Shown here: positions 1 to 6,570 of the stretch, one piece after another
Layout: the number at the start of each line of letters is the position of its first letter
Position numbering within the stretch: the first letter of the stretch is position 1
DNA from: an uncultured Eubacteriales bacterium
GTDB lineage: Bacteria > Bacillota > Clostridia > Oscillospirales > Acutalibacteraceae
DNA length: 64,000 bases
Assembly: GCA_964512735.1 (NCBI GenBank)
Contig: CAZEKQ010000003.1
Span: forward strand, 5,951-69,950
Direction: 5' to 3'
The notes under the pieces: generated by a model
Databases searched by the model: none
Told to the model about the DNA's origin: nothing
The model's input: the letters and a program-made list of their open reading frames with translations, nothing else
Position numbers and translations under genes: made by a program

Positions 1-2311
1 CGACCCCACTTTCCTTGGAATAATATTTTTCATCAAGCAAAATAATACCGCTTTGCTCGTCAAGAATTGTAAGAGATTGCTCTTGCGAAAGTTTTCTTAT
101 TTGCCAATCGTAAAGCTGTACGCTGTATTTTTGTAAATCCTTTAGTATTTTTATTTTTTCTTTCGTTACAAATTCGGTTGGCTGCTTTTTATATTTTTCA
201 ATTAAATCGTCAGAGTTACCATGAAACACAACAACAGGTACAGTGCTTTTTTCTATTACAGAAAAGCTTCTACTAGCAGAGTGGAATGCCTGCGCAATAA
301 AATGGGGAAAGTTATTGCCTGTGTTTTTTTGATAGTTTTGCCTTCCGTAATTATTGCTTGATAACATAGAATAAACGGTAGTATCATATTTACCTGCGGG
401 GTAATCCATTTGGCTGCTTTTGCCGCTGAAATATTTTTTATAAAATAAATCCATCGTTTCCTCGCCAAGCAAATCTATATTATTATCAGCGCACAGAAGT
501 ATGTCTAAAGTAGTTTCTTTTCCCGATTTTATATCTGGCAATTTTTCAAGGTTTTCATCCTCTAATTCAAATGTATAAACTGTTTTTGGCAAGGCGCTTT
601 CGCCATTTCTATTACACCTGCCAGCGGCTTGTGCTATCGAGTCTAGCCCCGCTGTTGACCTTATCACACATGAAAAGGAAATATCAACGCCAGCTTCAAT
701 TAGCTGTGTTGAAATACAGATTATTTTTTTATTTTCGTCAAGCCCTTTTCTGATGTCCTCTATTATTTCCATCCTGTGCATAGGGCACATAGAGGTGCTT
801 AAATGAAAAACCTTAAAACTTGTATTCTTTTCTTTTATTAGACTAAATATTTGAAGTGCCGAATTTTTAGTGTTTACAATAACAAGGCAGTTGCCGTTAC
901 TTTCTGCCTTTTTTACAATAAAGTCTGACGCACCCGAAATATCCTTTTTTAAAAGTGGTGAAACGCTTGTTCTTTTTATGTCCTTAAAATCCTCTTTGCA
1001 ATGTATTAAGTTAGGAGTTTCAGAAATCAAAAGATTTTTTCGCTGTGTATGCTCTAATGTTGGCTGCGTTGCAGAGCAAAGAATAATAGTAGAATTAAGT
1101 ATTTTAGACAAAAATGAAACAACCTCATTAAAGCAATGAATAGTTTTAATTGGTGCCGATTGCACCTCATCAAAGATAATTACAGAGTCTGCCATGTGCG
1201 AAAATTTACGCAGTTTACCACCTTTTGAAGACATAACAGACTCTAAAAATTGCACCATAGTAGTTATTATAATGGGGCTATCCCATCTTGAAGCCGAAAG
1301 TTTTCGTATTTCAGATTCCTTTTCGTCTAATGGTTCAATAATGTTAGAGTGATGCTCGAAAACAACATTGTTATCCTCAGATAAGCTTAAAATACTGCGA
1401 ATGCTTTTGGCTGTTTGCTCAGTGATAGAAAGATACGGTATTACGTAAATAATTCGTTTTTTCTCTTTTTCTTTACAATGGTGAAGCGCGAACCGTAAAG
1501 AAGAAAGAGTTTTACCTCCGCCCGTTGGTACTGAGAGCTGGTATATGCCGGTTTCTTTTTCGGCGGCTGCTTTGCATTTTTCAGATACTGCGTTTCGTAT
1601 TTTATCAATTTTTTCAGTGCTTGAAAAATTTGAAATATTTTTTTCGAATATGCCTATTAAATCATCCCACTTTGGTTTTGAGGGCACAAACTGCTCTTTA
1701 TTATCAAACAAATAGGCGTCCAGCCTGTCCGCATCTATAAGGCAGGAATAAAGGTATTTAACAACAAGACCCAGCGCAAAATTTGCAGAATTACGGTCGC
1801 TATAAACTCCATTTATTTTTTCTAATAGAGAAGACAACTCTTTCTCTGCATCATTAAAAATAGAAATAAGAGCAAGTTTCTCATCCGTTGTTAATTTTGA
1901 TTTTATGTTTTTGAATGAATATTTTTCATTTTCTACGTCACATATTTTAGCAAAAAGGTCCGCTGTACCATCGGTAGAAAGCCCATTTGTTAAATAATTA
2001 TGGTGTGCAGTTGTACAAAATGCAATAATCTCTTTTAACAGTAAATCGGCAGCAGATATATTTTGAAATAGTTCATTCGCTAAAAATGCTCCTTGCCATG
2101 AGTGGATAACGCTGCCTCTTTCTCCGCCGTTTATAATGTAGTTTTGAAAGTCGTCTGACAACTTTCCTAAATCATGCAGATAAGCAAGAAGCTTTGAAAT
2201 ACTTTTAAATTGTGAGTTTGAAACCGAAATGTTAGCTACATTTTCAGCATGTTCATAAAGAGTTTGTGAGTTACCGCAAGCATTCTTTCGTGCAAGTGCC
2301 TTTTTAGTCAT
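1..2311 (-). CDS. cas3: CRISPR-associated helicase/endonuclease Cas3 (HD domain + SF2 helicase); 3' end beyond window
   Basis: Uninterrupted minus-strand frame from ATG 2311 to position 1 (770 codons). It is absent from the ORF track because no stop falls in the window. My translation starts MTKKALARKNACGNSQTLYEHAENVA. HD motifs: LAYLHDLGK, TTAHH, CLIDADRLD. Helicase motifs: VPTGGGKT (Walker A), IIFDEVQ (motif II), CSATQP (III), AQAAGRCNR (VI). RBS GAGG lies 7 nt upstream. Confidence 0.9.
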   Translation of the reverse strand, partial: MTKKALARKNACGNSQTLYEHAENVANISVSNSQFKSISKLLAYLHDLGKLSDDFQNYIINGGERGSVIHSWQGAFLANELFQNISAADLLLKEIIAFCTTAHHNYLTNGLSTDGTADLFAKICDVENEKYSFKNIKSKLTTDEKLALISIFNDAEKELSSLLEKINGVYSDRNSANFALGLVVKYLYSCLIDADRLDAYLFDNKEQFVPSKPKWDDLIGIFEKNISNFSSTEKIDKIRNAVSEKCKAAAEKETGIYQLSVPTGGGKTLSSLRFALHHCKEKEKKRIIYVIPYLSITEQTAKSIRSILSLSEDNNVVFEHHSNIIEPLDEKESEIRKLSASRWDSPIIITTMVQFLESVMSSKGGKLRKFSHMADSVIIFDEVQSAPIKTIHCFNEVVSFLSKILNSTIILCSATQPTLEHTQRKNLLISETPNLIHCKEDFKDIKRTSVSPLLKKDISGASDFIVKKAESNGNCLVIVNTKNSALQIFSLIKEKNTSFKVFHLSTSMCPMHRMEIIEDIRKGLDENKKIICISTQLIEAGVDISFSCVIRSTAGLDSIAQAAGRCNRNGESALPKTVYTFELEDENLEKLPDIKSGKETTLDILLCADNNIDLLGEETMDLFYKKYFSGKSSQMDYPAGKYDTTVYSMLSSNNYGRQNYQKNTGNNFPHFIAQAFHSASRSFSVIEKSTVPVVVFHGNSDDLIEKYKKQPTEFVTKEKIKILKDLQKYSVQLYDWQIRKLSQEQSLTILDEQSGIILLDEKYYSKESGV

Positions 2312-2510
2312 GGCTTTTCCTCATAATACATTATTTACGACATATTACCATAAAAATCATAAAAAATCGACTGATTTAGCAAATTCTTGAAAAACAATGT
2401 TGAAAAATTTAGATGTTATATACAATATTTAGCTTTTATTTAATTAAAATAATTTATAACTATAAAAAAATCAAGTTGTATGGTAATATAAATATAAAAT
2501 TCAAAGATTT

Positions 2511-2542
2511 TAAAAACAAAAAAGGCCCATTTGAAATGAGCC
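2511..2542 (-). terminator. Rho-independent terminator after the anti-sigma gene
   Basis: On the minus strand: 7-bp stem GGCTCAT/ATGGGCC, loop TTCAA, then TTTTTTGTTTTTAAAA. It lies 68 nt downstream of the stop at 2610. Confidence 0.7.
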
Positions 2543-2609
2543 ATTAAAGTGATTTTTATGCGGCGTTGTCTTAAAAGCATCGTAAAATCTTTAGTTTTAG
2601 CACAGTAAT

Positions 2610-4058
2610 CTATTGTATAACCGCATAACCTAAGGCGGTGCTGCCAAGTAAACGCAGAGTGCAAATGCGGTTACTGCTTGCGGTGATACTTACATTTTGC
2701 TCTACCGTATATTCGTTATGGTTTTTATCATATAAAGTAAACTGTAGCGAAATAGTTTCCTTGCCGCTCCATTCTTTTAAGCCAAAGTCAGCGGGCAATA
2801 ATGAGAAACTGAGGATTTGCCCTTTTTTAATGAGTAAATTATCGGCGTTTTCACCGCCTATTGTGGTGTAAAGTTTACCGCCAAGGTAACAGGACATAGA
2901 AATACCAGAAAGAGAAGAGCCGCTGAAAAAAGATGCGCCATCTTCTTCCCGTTGGGCAGAGTCTACACTAAAATCACTGCCGATAAGATTTGCTACATTA
3001 ATCTGCAAAGAGTCAGTCTGTCTTGATAAGAAAGGGGTAACATAATAATTATTAACAAGTCCCGTCTTTTCAAGTAAAGCCTGTAGTTTAATTACATCTT
3101 TCCCAATGTTTTTAATATTTTCTAAGGCAAATTCACTCGCTTCCCGCTCTGTTACGGTTAATAAGTGTACCTTAGAGTTCACCATATATTCAAAAGAAAC
3201 CTCACCAAGGTTGCCAGTGGCGGCGAGTAGTACATAAGCGTACATCTTTAGAAGCTCCCCTGTATTGTCATCTTTTCGTAAAGCAAAGTTTTCACTGAAG
3301 ATTATTTTCCAGCCGTAAGGCTCCTTAGCCGTTTGCAGTTCATTCGTATAGCTTCCAAAATGAGTTGACAAATTAAGCGCACAAGCGGTATTATTGTTTG
3401 CGGTCATATCCCCTACATAGGGGTGAATGGTATTAAAAACAGCCGCCGTTACAGCGGAAATATCTTTACCGCCGCTTACCCATACAATCCTGTTTCCATA
3501 CCAAGCCGTTTTATTGCCTGAAAGCCAAACCTCTTTAATGTCTGTGTTTGATGTAAAGGTTTTCTCTAATATACTTTTGCTAAATATGCTCTTTTTAACG
3601 ACTTTGAAAGAAACGGTTACAACCCCGCCGTTGTCTGAAAAATGAGCGGATTTAACAGTCAAACCCTCATCTGCCGCAAATGCGGACAGTGTAAGCGAAT
3701 TTCCATTTACGCTGATGTCATAAGCGACAGTGTCACAGCCGATATTAACCTTTATAAAATATCCTTTTGAGAAAAAGACTGCAAATATTATGAGCACAAC
3801 AGCCGCAATTGCCATAAAGGCGCTGCTAAGAAAAACACCTTTCATTCTTGTTCTTATTTTTTTTAGAAAATCAATTTCTTTTTTATTGACAAATGTCTCC
3901 TTTGAGGCGGGCTCACTCATATGCCGCATTGCTTTGCTACAGCTTTCACATTCATTCAAATGCTGTTTAATCTTATGATTTGTAACCTTGCTTGTAAGTT
4001 TATCAATATATAATGGCAGCAAATCTTCTATTATTTCACATGCAATTTTTTCACTCAT
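2610..4058 (-). CDS. Membrane anti-sigma factor (zf-HC2 N-terminus, one TM, large extracytoplasmic domain)
   Basis: N-terminus CEIIEDLLPLYIDKL...HLNECESCSKAM matches the zinc-finger anti-sigma motif. Hydrophobic helix VFLSSAFMAIAAVVLIIFAVFF. About 375 aa lie outside the membrane; the segment HPYVGDMTANNN...ELQTAKEPYGWKIIF resembles DUF4825 from memory. ATG 4058 overlaps the sigma stop (ATGAGTGA), indicating translational coupling. Confidence 0.8.
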   Translation of the reverse strand: MSEKIACEIIEDLLPLYIDKLTSKVTNHKIKQHLNECESCSKAMRHMSEPASKETFVNKKEIDFLKKIRTRMKGVFLSSAFMAIAAVVLIIFAVFFSKGYFIKVNIGCDTVAYDISVNGNSLTLSAFAADEGLTVKSAHFSDNGGVVTVSFKVVKKSIFSKSILEKTFTSNTDIKEVWLSGNKTAWYGNRIVWVSGGKDISAVTAAVFNTIHPYVGDMTANNNTACALNLSTHFGSYTNELQTAKEPYGWKIIFSENFALRKDDNTGELLKMYAYVLLAATGNLGEVSFEYMVNSKVHLLTVTEREASEFALENIKNIGKDVIKLQALLEKTGLVNNYYVTPFLSRQTDSLQINVANLIGSDFSVDSAQREEDGASFFSGSSLSGISMSCYLGGKLYTTIGGENADNLLIKKGQILSFSLLPADFGLKEWSGKETISLQFTLYDKNHNEYTVEQNVSITASSNRICTLRLLGSTALGYAVIQ

Positions 4059-4530
4059 CACTTATCATGTCCTTTCTTAGCTTCTCTTTGCCTCTGTAAA
4101 AGGTTACCCTTGCCCAGTTTTCTGTACGGTTCATAATTTCGCCTATTTCCTTAAAAGAAAGTCCGCCGAAAATTCTTAAATATAAAACTTCTTTATAAGG
4201 CTCGGGGCATAAATGCAGTTTTTTCATCAATGCAACACGGTTTTCCATTTGCAAAACAATGTTTTCTGCGGAAGCAGTAGTTTCAGTAAAGCCAGTAAAT
4301 TCAGCAAATGACGGGTGCTTTCTTTGATATGATAAAAGCTGATTTTTGGCTATGGCACACAGCCAAGTTGAAATTTTGCAGGAATTGTCAAATCTATCTA
4401 TACTGCGCATTGCCTGATAGAATGTTTCCTGCGTTAACTCCTATGCTATATCTTCGCTGTGTACCTTTGAAAGCAGGTATTTATAAACGGTTTTGGCATG
4501 CTGCTGATAAATATCTTCTATAGACTGCAT
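4051..4530 (-). pseudogene. ECF (sigma-70 family) sigma factor interrupted by an in-frame TAG at 4441-4443
   Basis: ATG 4530 (RBS AGGTGA) reads MQSIEDIYQQHAKTVYKYLLSKVHSEDIA-TAG-ELTQETFYQAMRSIDRFD, in frame with the 119-aa track ORF 4051-4410. That ORF carries the end of region 2 and region 4 (YKEVLYLRIFGGLSFKEIGEIMNRTENWARVTFYRGKEKL). The stop sits just before the conserved ELTQETF of region 2. Confidence 0.8.
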
Positions 4531-4651
4531 TTATTCACCTACTTTCATTCATCTCAATTATTAATGCAAAAAAAGAGCGTTTCGTTACAAGTTTATAAAA
4601 ATTTTTATAAATTCAATATGTTTTATATTTTTATTTACAGGTATTGCATAT

Positions 4652-4681
4652 AAAAAAACCGCGGTGCAATATGCGCACCGC
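4652..4681 (-). terminator. Terminator of the tRNA transcription unit
   Basis: Minus strand: GCGGTGC-GCATATT-GCACCGC followed by GGTTTTTTTATATGC, directly after the tRNA-Trp 3' end. Confidence 0.7.
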
Positions 4682-4686
4682 AGATT

Positions 4687-4762
4687 TGGCAGGGGCAGAA
4701 GGACTTGAACCCTCGACACCTGGTTTTGGAGACCAGTGCTCTACCAACTGAGCTATACCCCT
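4687..4762 (-). tRNA. trnW: tRNA-Trp (anticodon CCA)
   Basis: Minus strand AGGGGTATAGCTCAGTTGGTAGAGCACTGGTCTCCAAAACCAGGTGTCGAGGGTTCAAGTCCTTCTGCCCCTGCCA. It folds as a cloverleaf with a 7-bp acceptor stem, anticodon loop CUCCAAA, T-loop TTCAAGT and an encoded CCA. Confidence 0.93.
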
Positions 4763-4767
4763 ATGTT

Positions 4768-4848
4768 TTAGGTGTTAGGTGTTAGAAGCTTGGGGTTAGG
4801 AGTAAAAAACTGAAGCCTAACGCCTGGCACCTAACACCTAACACCTAA
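4768..4848. repeat. 81-nt palindromic element in the inter-tRNA spacer (18-bp perfect terminal inverted repeats built from TTAGGTG heptads)
   Basis: ttaggtgttaggtgttag (4768-4785) is the exact reverse complement of ctaacacctaacacctaa (4831-4848). The inner segments (ggggttagg / cctaacgcc) extend the pairing imperfectly around an A-rich loop. Confidence 0.85.
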
Positions 4849-4849
4849 T

Positions 4850-4926
4850 TGGTGGACCATCAGGGACTCGAACCCCGGACCAACCGGTTATGAGCCGGTT
4901 GCTCTAACCAACTGAGCTAATGGCCC
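4850..4926 (-). tRNA. tRNA with CAU anticodon (elongator Met, or Ile2 if lysidine-modified); not an initiator
   Basis: Minus strand GGGCCATTAGCTCAGTTGGTTAGAGCAACCGGCTCATAACCGGTTGGTCCGGGGTTCGAGTCCCTGATGGTCCACCA. Position 1:72 is paired and the anticodon stem has no GGG/CCC run, so it is not tRNA-fMet. Discriminator is A73 and CCA is encoded. Sequence alone cannot separate Met from Ile2. Confidence 0.88.
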
Positions 4927-4953
4927 GCAACTGCGGTGACTTACCACTTCGAT

Positions 4954-4982
4954 ATTATATATTGTTATCTTATAAAAGTCAA
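4954..4982 (-). promoter_or_regulatory. Sigma-A type promoter for the tRNA pair
   Basis: Minus strand TTGACT (4982-4977), 17-nt spacer, TATAAT (4959-4954). It ends about 27 nt upstream of the tRNA(CAU) 5' end. Confidence 0.6.
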
Positions 4983-5122
4983 TAGTAAAAATATTTGTTT
5001 TAAAAATATTTAAAATAATAAAATAACTGACTTAAAAACATATACATTATATAATAAACTTAAAAATATAATGTCAAAAAAAACCACTTATTTTTTATAC
5101 TATTTTGAGCAAAATAAAGTCA

Positions 5123-5211
5123 AGGATAAAAACTTATCCTGATTGTCTTTATCTTACAAAAGCGTTTGCAAAAGACAATCGAAGCGTGACATCACATTTG
5201 TGATGCCACGC
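5123..5211. terminator. Three abutting hairpins between the lipase gene 3' end and the tRNA promoter
   Basis: Hairpin A: aggataa/ttatcct (5123-5140). Hairpin B: gattgtcttt/aaagacaatc (5141-5180). Hairpin C: gcgtgacatcaca/tgtgatgccacgc (5184-5211). Hairpin C is followed by TCTTTATTTTATT on the plus strand and by TTCGATTGTCTTTT on the minus strand, so it can terminate in both directions. Confidence 0.55.
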
Positions 5212-5232
5212 TCTTTATTTTATTAATTTAAA

Positions 5233-6198
5233 TTAAACTGTTTTATATGTTGAATTGCTCTTTATCACATTTGAATCAATATCATTTAGCCAATTAAGAA
5301 CATCGTTATATACTTCTTCTTTATTATTGTCGTTTAAAATTTCGTGTCTACGGTCTGGATAAAGAATAAGCTTTGGCAAATGACCTGCCTCGAGAAGTTG
5401 CTCGTATGTAGCTTTTACGCCAACAGTAAACATACCTACACAATCTTTTTCGCCAGAAATCATAAGTATTGGAAGTCCTAGAGGAACTTTGTACTGCCAA
5501 TTTTTACGGTTACATTCAACAGCAAGTTTAAAGGTATCTCTGCAAAAACTAAGAGAATATAGGTCAAAACAATATGGGTCTTCCATAAACTTTTGAACAT
5601 TTTCCTCATTTGCAGACAACCAGTCACTTGGTGTTTTAGGATTTTTAATTCCTATGTTTGCAGCTTTTCCGGAAAGAGAATAAAGGAACGGATACTTCTT
5701 TTGAGGACCTATAACACTCACTGCCTTTTCAAGCGGAGGAATCAAAAGTGAAGAAGCGTAAGGAATACTTGCAGTACCACAATAAACAACACCTGCAAGC
5801 TCATCACCAAAAACACTCGAATAAATTCTTGCACAGAACGAACCCATACTGTGGCCAAATAAATAGTAAGGTAGTTCTGGATATCTTTTTTGCATAATAT
5901 TGTGGAGCTTATGCATATCATCAACAATTCTAATTGAAGCATCATCTGGCATTTCACTTAATTTTTCAAGTGAGCCTGCTGTTTTTCCGTGTCCCAAATG
6001 ATCGTTAGCACATACTACAAAACCATTACTAGCAAGAAAACGAGCAAACGAGTCATATCTTTCACTATAATCACAAACACCGTGTGCAATTTGGAAAATG
6101 CCTTTTTTGTTTACCGAATCATCTTCCCAAATCATACATCTAACCTTATGCTCGCCAGTTGTAGAAGCAAAATATGCTTCCTTTCTGATAATGGACAT
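5233..6198 (-). CDS. Alpha/beta hydrolase, lysophospholipase/monoacylglycerol-lipase-like
   Basis: 321 aa. Oxyanion region QIAHGVCDYSERY, nucleophile elbow GHSMGS, C-terminal His (RRHEILND). RBS GGAGG 8 nt upstream of the ATG. Confidence 0.8.
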   Translation of the reverse strand: MSIIRKEAYFASTTGEHKVRCMIWEDDSVNKKGIFQIAHGVCDYSERYDSFARFLASNGFVVCANDHLGHGKTAGSLEKLSEMPDDASIRIVDDMHKLHNIMQKRYPELPYYLFGHSMGSFCARIYSSVFGDELAGVVYCGTASIPYASSLLIPPLEKAVSVIGPQKKYPFLYSLSGKAANIGIKNPKTPSDWLSANEENVQKFMEDPYCFDLYSLSFCRDTFKLAVECNRKNWQYKVPLGLPILMISGEKDCVGMFTVGVKATYEQLLEAGHLPKLILYPDRRHEILNDNNKEEVYNDVLNWLNDIDSNVIKSNSTYKTV

Positions 6199-6570
6199 TA
6201 TAAAGCCTCCAATAAAATAATTTATTTTAATTCTGTGTCCAAACAGAATTCTTTGCTTTAATTATTCGTTACAAGATTTTAAACCAAGTCAAGTTCATTT
6301 CTTGTTCATAAAGCCAATGATATCATTTTATAATATTTAAAAAGAAAAATCCAGTATAAAATTTATTTTTTTTCGAATAATTAAGTTGACAAACCTACAA
6401 CTTGGCTACTACTCACAGTATTTATATTTGTTTTTTATACATATTGACAGTTATTTTTCTATTATGTAAATTAAAAACTATCTTATTCATAAAATAACTG
6501 AATATGCAATCGGTGTTTTCACCTACAATTTACAGCCCTTTTTATATAAAATGTCATCAGCGACAATATT

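Noticed and set aside
256-1740. Track ORFs 256-468(-), 571-753(+), 870-1139(+) and 1525-1740(+).
   Set aside because: All lie inside the cas3 reading frame, either out of frame or antisense. The cas3 frame is continuous and carries the motifs.
2312-2520. ECF-type promoter (AAC ... CGT) upstream of cas3 shared with the sigma gene upstream region (4531-4650).
   Set aside because: Only isolated CGTA and GTAAC strings occur, without consistent spacing, and no common motif links the two regions. A weak TG-n-TAATAT extended -10 is the best promoter candidate, and it is not ECF-like.
2312-2609. CRISPR array or leader next to cas3.
   Set aside because: I saw no direct repeats of 25-40 nt with regular spacing, either here or elsewhere in the window. 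The region is AT-rich promoter and terminator sequence.
4441-4443. The in-frame TAG in the ECF sigma gene as programmed recoding (pyrrolysine or an alternative genetic code).
   Set aside because: TAG is used as an ordinary stop by neighbouring genes (anti-sigma at 2610-2612, spoVM at 28456-28458). No pyl genes or recoding signals are visible. A nonsense mutation or sequencing error is the simpler explanation.
5071-5142. 23-codon plus-strand ORF (MSKKTTYFLYYFEQNKVKDKNLS) in the tRNA-lipase intergenic region.
   Set aside because: It has no Shine-Dalgarno sequence, it runs into hairpin A, and the AT-rich context makes such short ORFs expected by chance.
6444-6472. Plus-strand TTGACA-17-TAAATT promoter-like element in the 372-nt lipase/parC intergenic region.
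   Set aside because: No plus-strand ORF or structured RNA follows, and it points into the 3' end of parC. In DNA this AT-rich, such matches arise by chance. An antisense transcript cannot be excluded without expression data.
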